Shown here: positions 9,790-20,113 of the stretch, piece after piece
How positions within the stretch are numbered: the first letter of the stretch is position 1
How the letters are laid out: each line of letters starts with the position of its first letter
DNA from: Candidatus Brocadiia bacterium
GTDB taxonomy: Bacteria > Planctomycetota > Brocadiia > SM23-32
Length of the DNA: 64,000 nt
Direction: 5' to 3'
Assembly: GCA_046538485.1 (NCBI GenBank)
Contig: JBKHIT010000005.1
Coordinates: 95,039 to 159,038, forward strand
Notes under the pieces: model-generated
Database searches by the model: none
What the model was told of the DNA's origin: nothing
The model's input: only the letters and a program-made list of their open reading frames with translations
Translations under genes and position numbers: made by a program

Positions 9790-10863
9790 TCATGCGAGGC
9801 CGATCTGCTTTTTGAGACCAGCCAGATTGTTTTCCAGAAATATTTCGTCGTTGAGCAATGGATGAGCGGCATAAGCGGCGGCAATTTCTTTTTCCATACC
9901 TGCCCGACCTTCTTCATGGAAACACTCGGGTGATGGCAGCAATCCCAGCTGGGTCAGGCGATTTTTGACGCCCCAGACCGAATTTTCGAAATGATTGATG
10001 GCATCGAACAGAGCACCGTTGCACATATTAACCATGTGCGCAAGTTGGACCTTTGAAAGGGGGAGTTCCCAATCGGCTCCATCCCGGTGGTTTTTTACGT
10101 GTTCGGACCAACCTGTGGCGGCGTGGGTATCCGTAGCAAAATGTCCGAGCAGACCAGCCTGATATCTTAAGTCGACCGCTTCAGGAACGCGAAAGGGAAA
10201 AATCCCGCCAAGATCATAGACAATACGGTCGTCGTTGCCCGTCGCAAGCACGAGTTGTTCGCGTCGGGGGCTTTGGGCGGCCGCCTGGAGCATCAGCTGG
10301 GAACGGTACGTATTGAAGGATGCCCCTTTGGCTCCCACAGCGATTCGAAAAATCCCGTCCCAGAGTTCTGCGGTAAAAGCATGACTTCCGGGAATAGCCT
10401 GCTGCAGTTCAAAGGCGAATGTAGGGATTATCGAAGCTATCTGCTGGAACATCTTAACGATTTCCGAACTGCTTTTCCCGGTGAACGCTGTGGGGGCGAC
10501 CATAACGAGGTCATAATATTCATCAGCGGCTACTTCTGCCCAATTCATTACGTTAGATCCACCGACGGCTGCCATGAGGAACATATCTTCGTCAGCAAAT
10601 TCTTCGATGGTTTCTCGAACGATTTTTAACCATGAGCGGAACAGATCGAGGTCGTTACCGGCGAATTCCCCGGTATGTGCGCCGGGTATGACAGTGCGAG
10701 CGCCGCTTCGGATGTAGTAGAGAGTGAGGAGGCGCTGCCAATCCGGCTGAAACTGTTTTTGGCCATTTAGTGCGAGCGGGCTGGGCACCCACGGACCGGG
10801 TTCCTGTATGGTTTCCAATGTGTCGCGATTGAGTTTCTGAAGTTTCACGACTCCTCTCCACAA
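9790..10863 (-). CDS. Dihydrodipicolinate synthase (DapA)-like class I aldolase family protein
   Basis: PSPLALN, L..YY..SGA, GAHTGEF, FELQ.A, Schiff-base Lys region VGAKGASFNTY, LATGNDD. Confidence 0.72.
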   Translation of the reverse strand: MWRGVVKLQKLNRDTLETIQEPGPWVPSPLALNGQKQFQPDWQRLLTLYYIRSGARTVIPGAHTGEFAGNDLDLFRSWLKIVRETIEEFADEDMFLMAAVGGSNVMNWAEVAADEYYDLVMVAPTAFTGKSSSEIVKMFQQIASIIPTFAFELQQAIPGSHAFTAELWDGIFRIAVGAKGASFNTYRSQLMLQAAAQSPRREQLVLATGNDDRIVYDLGGIFPFRVPEAVDLRYQAGLLGHFATDTHAATGWSEHVKNHRDGADWELPLSKVQLAHMVNMCNGALFDAINHFENSVWGVKNRLTQLGLLPSPECFHEEGRAGMEKEIAAAYAAHPLLNDEIFLENNLAGLKKQIGLA

Positions 10864-11121
10864 TTTAATAGTGGGGTTTTGGCAAAGACGATTTGTATTG
10901 AAAGTCTATAGCGTTGTCGTTGAGCTTTCAAAAAGAAAGTTGTAGGCCAATGCAGTTTTTGATATGGAAGGTGAGCAATTGTTCCCGATTCATCGGAAAG
11001 GATTGTCCGGCAGGCAAAAGTACTTGACAGTATCGCCTTTTTTCGGACAGAATAGTCCCCATAATCCGGGGGCAGCTATAATATATGTTGTCGCTATTTT
11101 CTTATATGTTTTATTCTCATC

Positions 11122-12381
11122 ATGAAAAACTTCAGAAGGAGCAGCGATTTGAACACCTCTGGGTCCCAAGAAGATCAAGCTGCTGTCCCCAGGCGCGTTC
11201 TTGAGTTAAATCTTGCACATACTTCGTGGTACTGGGTTCACCGCCAGAATGACCCCAATCGCCTGCAATTCTGGTTGCACCAGGGCCGGCTGCTGAAGGG
11301 TAAAAAGAAGACCTGTGTCGGGATCGATTTGACGGATATATCCTCATCTCAGTGGCTTTCGGAAGCCAGTCAAGACGAACGAAGGTATGTCCGAACAGCG
11401 AAACTCGGCACGCCGGAAGAGTTGGATCAGATAGCACTGATGCCGGAGTTGGAAGCCCTGGAGTGCAGCGGTTTGCAGGAGGATCAGTTACAGTGGGTGG
11501 CAGAATTGGGATTGCCCCTGCATTTTTTGCATCTTTCCTGGTGTCATAATATAAAAGACCTTGAACCGCTCAGGGCTCTCAGTGATACACTGATACGACT
11601 GGTTGTTTCGGACTGTGACAGACTCGTCGATCTTGATGCTGTCGGGTCCCTTAAGAAGCTGCAAAGATTTGAGATGATAGACTGCGATGCCGTGTGGGAG
11701 ATCGATCCGCTTGCCCTGCTCAAGAAACTGCGGCGTGTGGTACTGAGGAATTGTGATGCTGTGCGGGAACTGGGTCCGATCGGGGAACTCCCGGAATTGA
11801 TTTCACTGGATCTTTCCCGGAGTGACAAGATCAAGAATCTTGGTCCGCTCAGGACGAATACGAAATTGCAAGCCCTGGATCTTTCCGAATGCAAGTCGGT
11901 CCGCAGCATTGGCGCTCTGCGTGCTATGCGGGAATTACAATCCCTCCAGCTCTTCGGTTGCAGGCGGTGTCATGATTTGCGGCCGATTCACAACCTCCCC
12001 AAGCTTAAGAAATTGAGCGTGCCGAATATCATTGAAGACGGGGATCTGCTCGGGATTTGTATTAATCATCCGCAACTCCAGCAATTCCATGTGCGCAACT
12101 GCAAGAAGATCGAGGATCTGGAACCGCTCAAGAGGATGACCGAGGTTCGCGATCTCAGTCTCGCGGGATCTCCGGGGGTGAGCGATCTCAGCCCAATTTC
12201 GGAACTTAATAAACTCGTCCGACTCGACCTGGCCTTCTGCCCCGAAATCGAAGATCTTACCCCGCTGGAAGGACTTGGGAATCTGGAAGATCTTTATATC
12301 GGCGGATGCCCTAAATTGAGCCGGAACGATATCACGGAGCTTGAAAAAGCTTTACCGGACTGCGAGATTCACACAACCTGA
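11122..12381 (+). CDS. Leucine-rich repeat protein
   Basis: About 10 repeats of roughly 23 aa of type LxxLxLxxCxxIxDLxPL. No signal peptide. Confidence 0.9.
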   Translation: MKNFRRSSDLNTSGSQEDQAAVPRRVLELNLAHTSWYWVHRQNDPNRLQFWLHQGRLLKGKKKTCVGIDLTDISSSQWLSEASQDERRYVRTAKLGTPEELDQIALMPELEALECSGLQEDQLQWVAELGLPLHFLHLSWCHNIKDLEPLRALSDTLIRLVVSDCDRLVDLDAVGSLKKLQRFEMIDCDAVWEIDPLALLKKLRRVVLRNCDAVRELGPIGELPELISLDLSRSDKIKNLGPLRTNTKLQALDLSECKSVRSIGALRAMRELQSLQLFGCRRCHDLRPIHNLPKLKKLSVPNIIEDGDLLGICINHPQLQQFHVRNCKKIEDLEPLKRMTEVRDLSLAGSPGVSDLSPISELNKLVRLDLAFCPEIEDLTPLEGLGNLEDLYIGGCPKLSRNDITELEKALPDCEIHTT

Positions 12382-12457
12382 TTTGTTCCGTCCATCGCTA
12401 CGTTTTCAATATCCCCCACCAACTCCTCCCGTAACTGCGTAAAACAGGGACACCATT

Positions 12458-14793
12458 ATGTTGCCGCAAACCAAACAGTTCGTCTCAAAGACCAACCGCG
12501 GTGCAAAGGAATGTTACAACGCTGTAGTCTCGCCCGAGGGCCAGAAAATTGCCTGGTTTCGGGTCGAAGACCGTCGGGAAGATTTGATGCTTCTCAGCGA
12601 TGACGCCGACTCTCCTGCTGTCGTGACCGGGAACGCCTATCTGCTGGACCCGTGTTTTGGTGGAGAGACACTCTGCTGGGTCGAACAGGATGGCGATGAG
12701 TGGGAACTGAAATCACTTGCTGCTTCCTCTCCCGACCTGGATCCTGAACAACCGTTCCTGACTTCCGGACGTCCCCGGGGAATTTCTTCCGCTACTTCGG
12801 AATGCGGCAGCTGGTTTGTATGGGAGGAGCGATCCGGGACGAAAACTCGTATCCAGGCGGGGCGTGTCGAATCCGGATCGCGAACGCCCGTGGAAGTAAC
12901 CGATGGGTTTTCAATGCCTACGATCCGGACTGCGCCATCGGGGCGGATGGCACCCTTTACGTCATCTTTTCGGCTTTCACGGGTGGCAATTACCGCATTA
13001 TGCTTCAGAAGATGGGTCCCGACGGTAAGCTCGACGGGGGGCCGCAGCTCGTCAGTAACCGCCCCGGACCGTGTCTGTATCCTTCCATCTCCTCGCGTTC
13101 GGAAGGCGGAGTCTGGTTCAGCTACACAAGTTTTGCAGCCGGGGGCGAAAGCTCGCGTTTCGTCCAGCATCTGCGGCGGCGCTCTCAGCATGCTTTTTTT
13201 AATTCCTGCGGCGGTCAAGCCAACGCCGGAGTTTATGAAGACGGGGCCCTGCTGGCACCGCTCGCCAGTCGGGGACGAGGACAGGGGATGGTGGCCGCGA
13301 TGTTCGTGCAAGGAGCAGATACCGCCGGTCACACTCGGATTTTTGAATCCTCGAACGGGCGGGCTTACCTCCTGCTCCGATGCCATGACCGGGCGCGTCC
13401 AGTGAAGTTCCAGAAAAAAGGGACTTTAAAACGCCCCGAAAATATGGGAACGACCAACCCACCTCAGAACCATCCCCACATCTGCCTCATACGACTGGAA
13501 GATCGCTACTGGGCCGAACCGCAAACTCTCATACCACGAGCCCATCTGGAGAAACCGCTTTCCTACGCCCTGAACGACGACCAGCTGACGATTGCATTCA
13601 CTGAGGATTCACGCGCAACCGGGTGGGCGGGGGCGGGTGAATATTTCGACGATACCGGTCAGCTGGGTGTCGGGCTGACAACAGTGAATCTCCCGGCGGA
13701 AAGTGAACCCGAATACGAGTTCCGGCCGTTCGCTTTGCGGCCTGTCCAGATCCCTTCGGTGGAAGAACCGCAGGTTGATCCCGAAGGGGAAGATTTTTTC
13801 CACGCCATCGGCCAGACGCATGCTCATACCAACCTGTCGGTCTGCAAGCGGGCGGCCGACCGTGACGGCCATCTGAACTACAGGTTCATACAGGACGTCC
13901 AGCACGGCCATTTCGGCGCGACCACCGATCACGCGTACAATATGTGGCAGGTCGAGATGTTGCATACGCGAAAACTCGCGGAATACTACTATTTCCCTGG
14001 GGAGTTTGTTGCTATCCCGGCCTACGAGTGGACAGGAAGCAATAAGTGCGATCACGACGGAGGACCATTCGGACACGTCAACCCGCTCTGGCTGGAAGAA
14101 GAGGGCGACCTCGATTTTTTGCCCCCCTCTGATCCCGACTGCGCCGGGGCGAGCCTGCCGAAATTGTGGGCTACGTGCGAAGGGAAACAAATCCTGACCC
14201 CGCCCCACCATCCCGCCGACCACATGCACTGGTATGATTGGAAGTTCTTCGATGAACGGTTCACACCTGTGGTTGAGATTTTTCAGGATATCCGCGGTTC
14301 CGGGGAACAGCCGGACGCTCCCGGAGTAACGAATTTTCGCCACCAGCCGGTCGGCCACTGGGCGGTTGAGGCGCTACGTGACGGTAAACGGTTTGGCTTC
14401 ATTGCCAGCGCCGATCACGCGGGAGTGGCACGGGCCGGGATCCTTGTTGAAAAACTCTCAAGGACCGGCCTTTATGAGGCGCTCAAAGATAGACGGTGTT
14501 TCGGGACGACGGGCCTGTCGATGCGCCTGACTTTTCATTGCAACGACAGGTTCATGGGGCAGTCGGTGGAATGCGAAACGGCAAATTTCCGTCTGAAAGC
14601 TGTCGCGGCCGAACCGATCAAAGAACTTCAGATCGTTCGCAACGGTGAACTGGTCGAGCAGGTGAACGGCGGTGCGGGCGAGCTGGAATATCGGTGGGGT
14701 GTTGAAAAAGAAGAAACCGGCGAATTCTGGTTCTGCCGCCTGATCTTCGAAAACGGAGAAATGGCCTGGACCAGCCCGATCTGGCTCGACTGA
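12458..14793 (+). pseudogene. Frameshifted gene: TolB-like beta-propeller N-terminus plus C-terminal PHP-type metallohydrolase (DUF3604/CehA-McbA-like)
   Basis: ORF 12458 reads sensibly to VEVTDG. The -1 frame continues FNAYDPDC...GQTHAHT...TTDH...AYEWT...GFIASADH...AWTSPIW. One base appears missing near 12905-12911. Joined product is about 778 aa. Confidence 0.75.
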
Positions 14794-14827
14794 GAAGGGT
14801 GGGGCGGCCTGCCGCAGGTAATTGAGA

Positions 14828-14883
14828 CTCGAGTTCAGCTGAGCCCGCCACTGAGCGGGGGAAACTGGACTTGAGGCGGACAA
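14828..14883 (+). repeat. Hairpin repeat module B (CTCGAGTTCAG...CTGGACTTGAG-GCGGAC)
   Basis: Related copies at 22505-22560 and 47782-47835. 11 bp stem with two G.T pairs on the + strand. Confidence 0.8.
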
Positions 14884-14906
14884 ACGTTGGGAAATGCGAG
14901 GTGGCT

Positions 14907-15024
14907 TTAGGTTTGTATCGCCGAGGCGGACCTGCCGTTGGTTGTTTTGCTGTTTTGCTCCGAAACCTGCAGGTTTGTGCACCGCGTTCTGAACTCCAGC
15001 CTCCGGCTGAAGTCCAGTCCGCTC
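14907..15024. repeat. Composite repeat: REP-like module C, spacer, then hairpin module A
   Basis: Near-colinear with 19898-20024 (GCGGACCTGCCGTTGGTTGTT ... ACCGCGTTCTGAACTCCAGC ... CTGAAGTCCAGTCCGCTC). Confidence 0.9.
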
Positions 15025-15249
15025 GCGGGTCCCAGCCCGTTTGCAAATCCGCCGGCCCCGTCTGCCTTGGGCGAGGCTTATCCCGGCGATGGTCAGGTTT
15101 TTTTGCGCCGTAAGGTCAGGGGGCGGCATCTGGGAGGCGGCTCCAGCATTCTGTTCCGAAGCTGATTCACCGGCACAGAGTCTCGCAGGTTTCATGCCCC
15201 TATTCCCTTCCCCGAAATAAGGTGAAGCAAAAGAAACAAACAAACGACC

Positions 15250-15361
15250 GAACCCCTGAAGGAGCTCACTACGAACCTGACGTTGGTTTCAGGGCCTGCA
15301 ATAATTCTCCGACCGTCCAAAATACAGGGAGGTGCTCGTAGTGGACCGCTTCAGCGGTCCG
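15250..15361. repeat. Head-to-head doublet of GTAG-type REP-like palindromes
   Basis: + strand GTAG-TGGACCGC-TTCA-GCGGTCC at 15338-15361. - strand GTAG-TGAGCTCC-TTCA-GGGGTTC at 15272-15250. Confidence 0.75.
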
Positions 15362-15390
15362 TTGCGTCGGGAAACACGCAAAGTTTTGTG

Positions 15391-15495
15391 GTGGGCCTTC
15401 AGCCCACTTTTTTCTCAATGCACACCTGTATCCCAGGGCTCCGAGGACCTTCGGCCCTCGTCACCCCGGGCTGTTATATGCTGCCCTTTCAGGGC
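15391..15495. repeat. Palindromic repeat of the GCCCTTTCAGGGC / CCCAGGG...CCCGGG type
   Basis: Three hairpins: GTGGGCCTTCAGCCCAC, CCCAGGG..CGAGG..CCTCG..CCCGGG and GCCCTTTCAGGGC. Confidence 0.65.
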
Positions 15496-15779
15496 GTATG
15501 TGTCTTTCGTCGTGTGTTCCGGAATGGAACATGCTCCGTGCCGGACAATCCTATCGGCACCGGTTCGTGCATGAACCCCGTCGGGGGAGCCGGCTGTGGA
15601 GAGCGCGGACGCGGGTCGGGTCTGAACTGTGGAGGTGCTATACTGGGTTCAGATAATTTTGCGGATACCTTGAACCTTTCCCGGTTCCGGGAAACGAGCT
15701 TCCCCCCGACCTTGAACACCGACGCTCCGTCGCTGTAAGCTGACAATTGCCCCATACGTTGAAACGAGAGGTCACGTAC

Positions 15780-16592
15780 ATGGATTCTGTAAAAATCGAC
15801 GATGCTGAAGTCAGCCGTTTCATTCTGGGGAGCAATCCATTCAGCGGGTTTTCGCACCAGAGTCCCGAAATTGATAGCCAGATGAAACATTACTACACCA
15901 GTACTCGGATCAAAGAAACCCTTGCCGATGCCGAGAGCTGCGGCATTACAACCCTTATAGCCCGCGCCGATCACCACATGATACGGGTGCTGATGGAATA
16001 CTGGGATGAAGGGGGCGAGATCCAATGGTTTGCACAGACATGCCCGGAAGTCGGTTCGCAGCCACAGTGCATTGCCAGGGCTATAGCCAACGGTGCAAAA
16101 GCGGTTTATATCCATGGAGGCTATGTCGACAATTTGCTGGCAAATGATCGTATCGAGGAAGTCAAAGAGCTTATCGATCAAGTTCATCAGCACGATATTC
16201 CGGCGGGGATGGCCGGTCATAATCCCGACGTCTTTCGGTGGGCGGAAAAAGAAAAATTGCCGGTCGATTACTATATGTGCTCTTACTATAATTCCGCTCA
16301 CCGTGACAAACGCGCCGAGCACGTGCCGGGTCAGAAAGAATGGTTCCTCGAAGAAGATCGGCGCATTATGTCCGAACTCATCCAGGATCTTTCAAAACCG
16401 GTCATCCATTACAAAATCATGGCGGCCGGACGTAACGATCCCAAAGAGGCCCTCACCCACGTCGTCCGAACTATGCGTCCCAACGACGCCGTGTGCGTCG
16501 GCGTGTTCACCAGGGATATGCCGGATATGATCGCCCGGGATGTGAATCTTTTGGAAGAGGCTCTGGAAAACAAAGCGCCGGACGACCATTAA
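15780..16592 (+). CDS. Aldo/keto-reductase-like TIM-barrel hypothetical protein
   Basis: VSRFILGSNPFSGFSH, IPAGMAGHNP, KPVIHYKIMAAGR. RBS GAGG lies before MDSVKI. Confidence 0.7.
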   Translation: MDSVKIDDAEVSRFILGSNPFSGFSHQSPEIDSQMKHYYTSTRIKETLADAESCGITTLIARADHHMIRVLMEYWDEGGEIQWFAQTCPEVGSQPQCIARAIANGAKAVYIHGGYVDNLLANDRIEEVKELIDQVHQHDIPAGMAGHNPDVFRWAEKEKLPVDYYMCSYYNSAHRDKRAEHVPGQKEWFLEEDRRIMSELIQDLSKPVIHYKIMAAGRNDPKEALTHVVRTMRPNDAVCVGVFTRDMPDMIARDVNLLEEALENKAPDDH

Positions 16593-16626
16593 AATTGCTG
16601 GGGGAAAGCGCGGAAAGGACAGACCT

Positions 16627-18216
16627 GTGAAAGTAGATATCTACGATTCCCTGGAGTGGCTTTTTGCAGACTCCCAACCCCGACGTCGTCCCCGGGGCGA
16701 AATATCCATTGAAACCGCTCGCCGCGCCCGACCCGGTTTCCAGATACTGGTGAATGACGTCCCGGACGAAACTCCGATCCACGTCGAAGTCCCATCTCTG
16801 AGGAGCAACGATGGGGAAGGACTCGCGCGGTGCGAACTCTACAAACTGATCAGCGTCCCCGTGGAGGAGAATACTGGAGCGATTGGCTTTACGAACGATG
16901 GTGACAAAAACGAGCATGTGACCCGCCGGGCTCCGTTTCGTGTTTTCGACGCATTAAAGCCCGTAACGAGCCCTGTTCGGGCGGCGTCGGGTCCGACCGT
17001 GCTTCTGGTTCAGTTCCCGATTGCACCCAACGCAAAATCGGGGTCGTATTCGGGCATGATTTCAGTAGCTGCGGGCGACGACAGTGCCGAAATTTTGGTG
17101 GGATTGAATGTGCATGAGGCGCTTGTCCCTGCGCGGGGTGAGTTGAAAATGACGAACTGGTTTAACACCGGCAACATGGCGGAACGTCACGGTCTCCAAC
17201 CATGGTCGCGCGGACACTGGAAAATGATCCGACAGTATGCCGAGCTAATGGCGCGAAATCGGCAGAACATGTTTTGGGTGCCTCTCTCGCTGGTTGATAT
17301 TGAAAAGACGAGTGGCGAAACATGGAACTTTGATTTCAAGCGATGGATGCGATTGGTGCGTGTGTTCCTCGATGCCGGGTGCGAATGGATCGAAGGAGGG
17401 CACGTCGCCGGCCGGCACGAGTGGGATGATACCCGTTATCACCTGCGCGCTCCGGGGGATATTCTCGGGACCGGTGCGGAAGGGCATCTCTTTCTTTCCC
17501 AATTTCTCCCTGCGCTTCTGGACGTGATCGAACGGAATGGTTGGCGGGACCGCTATGTGCAACACGTGGCTGATGAGCCTCACGGCGACGATGTTGAAGA
17601 CTATCGGATTCTCTGCGGGATCGTGCGTAAGTTTATGCCCGGTGTCCCTCTGATTGATGCAACGTGCAATACGGACGTCCACGGGGCCCTTGACATCTAT
17701 GTCCCACAGGACTGGAAATACGAGGAAGAACTGGAAGAGTGGAGTTCCTACAGGGAATCAGGGGACGAACTTTGGCATTATACCTGTTGTTTCCCGGGTG
17801 GACCTTATCTGAATCGTCTGCTCGATCAGGAACTTCTCCGCCCGCGTTTGCTTCACTGGGGAAACTACAAATACGATCTGCAGGGTTTCCTGCATTGGGG
17901 GCTGAACCAGTACAGATCGGATCAGGATCCTTTCGAGAAAAGCGTCGTCGGTCACGGAGGAGGCAACAAACTTCCCGCCGGCGATACGCATATCGTCTAC
18001 CCGGGAGATGACGGCCCGATGTCGAGTATGCGGTTTGAAGCTCAGCGTGAAGGGGTTGAAGATTACGAATTACTTCGAGTCTTAGCCGGAAAAAACAAGA
18101 AACGGTCTGATCAGATCTGCCGCCGGGTGTTCCGGAAATTTGATGACTACACCGTGAACATCAAAACGTTCAGAGGCGCCCACCGCGACCTGCTGGATGC
18201 CGTTGATAGGCTTTGA
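16627..18216 (+). CDS. DUF4091-domain protein (GH123-like putative glycoside hydrolase)
   Basis: QHVADEP, LWHYTCCFP, GFLHWG.N.Y, PAGDTHIVYPG, SSMRFEAQREGVEDYELL. Confidence 0.8.
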   Translation: MKVDIYDSLEWLFADSQPRRRPRGEISIETARRARPGFQILVNDVPDETPIHVEVPSLRSNDGEGLARCELYKLISVPVEENTGAIGFTNDGDKNEHVTRRAPFRVFDALKPVTSPVRAASGPTVLLVQFPIAPNAKSGSYSGMISVAAGDDSAEILVGLNVHEALVPARGELKMTNWFNTGNMAERHGLQPWSRGHWKMIRQYAELMARNRQNMFWVPLSLVDIEKTSGETWNFDFKRWMRLVRVFLDAGCEWIEGGHVAGRHEWDDTRYHLRAPGDILGTGAEGHLFLSQFLPALLDVIERNGWRDRYVQHVADEPHGDDVEDYRILCGIVRKFMPGVPLIDATCNTDVHGALDIYVPQDWKYEEELEEWSSYRESGDELWHYTCCFPGGPYLNRLLDQELLRPRLLHWGNYKYDLQGFLHWGLNQYRSDQDPFEKSVVGHGGGNKLPAGDTHIVYPGDDGPMSSMRFEAQREGVEDYELLRVLAGKNKKRSDQICRRVFRKFDDYTVNIKTFRGAHRDLLDAVDRL

Positions 18217-18371
18217 GTGAGTCCTCGGCGGCCCGACGAGTCAGGAGGCTTCGCCTGGAGTGTCCCGGTGAAGATCTCCTCCGGCTTTATCCTCCTCGGG
18301 CACGGCTTGTGGTGTGGGGAGCGGAGACCATCGACGGAGGTGTGTTTAGCCTCAAAAATACCGCCAGACCG

Positions 18372-18468
18372 GTCATCGCGAGCGCATCATAAAATGGACG
18401 AAGCGATCTCGTCGTTCTTTTGGCCTGAAAGCGAGATTGCCGCGGCGGCTATGCCGCCTCGCAATGAC
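18372..18468. repeat. MITE-like palindromic element of the GTCATTGCGAG...CTCGCAATGAC type
   Basis: Terminal inverted repeats GTCATCGCGAG / CTCGCAATGAC (10 of 11 match). Inner GCGATCTC / GAGATTGC pair and a GGCGGC-TAT-GCCGCC hairpin. Confidence 0.75.
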
Positions 18469-18549
18469 CACTCAGACTGGGATTTCGGGCCAGATAGGTG
18501 CCGGTTCCGTCCCCGGGAATAATCCTGATCAAACTCTGGAGTAAAAGAC

Positions 18550-19806
18550 ATGACAGACCAGGAAGCGAAAATAATGCCTGAAGACCGAAAGATTCTGCGT
18601 GATCTGGCCAGACGTATCGCGGAGATTGCCGCCGATCCCGTGATGGATGAACGACGTCAGCTCTGGTTGGATCATGCCTCCCTCGACAGTCACCGCCCGA
18701 TGATCCTCGCTGAGATCGGTGGTGTCCTCGATGAACTCGTCCCGCGCGAAGTCTGTCAATGTTCAGAGGACTGGGCGAGGGGCGTCGAACGAGGTCTGAG
18801 AAGCCGAATCTTTGTCCACGAAGAAGTGGGCGACGATTCCGTGATTACCGCGTCCGTTCGGTACAATTGGAATGTAAACATTGGAAACTACGGCGTTTCC
18901 CCGAAACGGCATACCACCGAAGGCGACAAAAAAACCAGCTACCGGTGGGATCCCCCGATCAAAGACCTGGATGCCGATTTTGATAAACTCCATATGCGTG
19001 AACTCTCCGTCGATCGGGAGGCGACCCATCGGGCGGGGGAAAGGCTCCACGACATCTTTGGCGATATCCTGGAGGTGCGTCTGCGCGGCTCATTTTGGTG
19101 GACCATGGGGATGACCTGGCGGGCGGTGGATCTGGTCGGGCTGGACGGACTGATGCTTTTCATGTGCGATGAGCCCGACGGTGTCCACCGGCTGATGGAG
19201 TTTCTCCGGGACGATCATCTTCATCTTATCGAGTGGTGCGAAGAGGAAGGCCTGCTGACCCTGAACAATAAAAATGATTATTGCGGGTCCGGCAGCCTTG
19301 GCTATACCCGGGAGTTGCCCCAACCGGACTGGCGGGAAGGGGACCCCGTCCGTATCGCGGACCTCTGGGGGCTATCGGAATCGCAGGAAACCGTCGGTGT
19401 GTCGCCTGGGATGTTCGCTGAATTTATCTTTCCGTATCAACTTCCGGTCGTCAAGAAATTTGGACTGTCGTATTACGGGTGTTGCGAGCCCGTTCACGAG
19501 CGGTGGGGGACTATCAAACAGATCCCAAACCTGCGGCGCGTCTCGGTATCTCCCTGGTGCGATCAGGAAATTATGGCCGATGTTCTTGGGGATGATTACA
19601 TCTTCTGCCGAAAACCCAATCCGTCTTTGATCAGCACTGAAAACTGGAACGAAGACTCCATCCGCGCAGATTTAAGGCAGACCGTTGAGGTCGCCGGCGA
19701 TTGCCCGCTCGAACTGGTAATGAAAGACGTTCATACGGTAGCCGACGAGCCCTGGCGACTCGGCCGCTGGGTTGAGATAGCCCGCGAAGAAGCAGCCAAC
19801 TGGTGA
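18550..19806 (+). CDS. UROD/MtaA-like (uroporphyrinogen decarboxylase superfamily) hypothetical protein
   Basis: LRDLARRIAEIA..P, WGLSESQETVGVSP.MF.EF.FPYQ, YYGCCEP, RRVSVSPW, MKDVHT. Confidence 0.75.
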   Translation: MTDQEAKIMPEDRKILRDLARRIAEIAADPVMDERRQLWLDHASLDSHRPMILAEIGGVLDELVPREVCQCSEDWARGVERGLRSRIFVHEEVGDDSVITASVRYNWNVNIGNYGVSPKRHTTEGDKKTSYRWDPPIKDLDADFDKLHMRELSVDREATHRAGERLHDIFGDILEVRLRGSFWWTMGMTWRAVDLVGLDGLMLFMCDEPDGVHRLMEFLRDDHLHLIEWCEEEGLLTLNNKNDYCGSGSLGYTRELPQPDWREGDPVRIADLWGLSESQETVGVSPGMFAEFIFPYQLPVVKKFGLSYYGCCEPVHERWGTIKQIPNLRRVSVSPWCDQEIMADVLGDDYIFCRKPNPSLISTENWNEDSIRADLRQTVEVAGDCPLELVMKDVHTVADEPWRLGRWVEIAREEAANW

Positions 19807-19897
19807 AAGGTGGTTTCCGCTGGGTTTTTTGGGTCCTGGTTTGGGGCTTTTCCAGTAATCGAACGGGGCATGCGATGCGCAGGAATGTAAGAGAGCA

Positions 19898-20024
19898 GTA
19901 GGTCTCTGCCGTACGGCGGACGAGGCGCGGACCTGCCGTTGGTTGTTCTGCTGTTGTGCTGCGAGACCTGTTGGTTTATGACCGCGTTCTGAACTCCAGC
20001 CTCCAGCTGAAGTCCAGTCCGCTC
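19898..20024. repeat. Composite repeat, module C plus module A (second copy)
   Basis: GTAGGTC...GCGGACCT hairpin, then a module A matching 14981-15024 at all but one base. Confidence 0.9.
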
Positions 20025-20113
20025 ATTCGCCGTCACTTGAATCTAACCGTTTTCTCGCAAAAATAGAGCCTTGATAGGCCGAGGTTTTTCTTTTTTACGC
20101 TTGGAGCAATACG

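Noticed and set aside
12902..12913. Programmed -1 ribosomal frameshift at GGGTTTT
   Set aside because: The heptamer is out of phase with the upstream reading frame and no clear stimulatory structure is seen. An indel is the simpler explanation.
15560..15735. 6S RNA
   Set aside because: CCTTGAACC is reminiscent of 6S, but I could not build the rod with a central bubble. Kept only as an unassigned structured region.
14458..15738. ORFs 14458-15243 (-) and 15283-15738 (+)
   Set aside because: They run through palindromic repeats and have no protein-like features.
14981..20024. Two module A copies start exactly 5000 bp apart
   Set aside because: No other copy fits a periodicity, so this is treated as coincidence.
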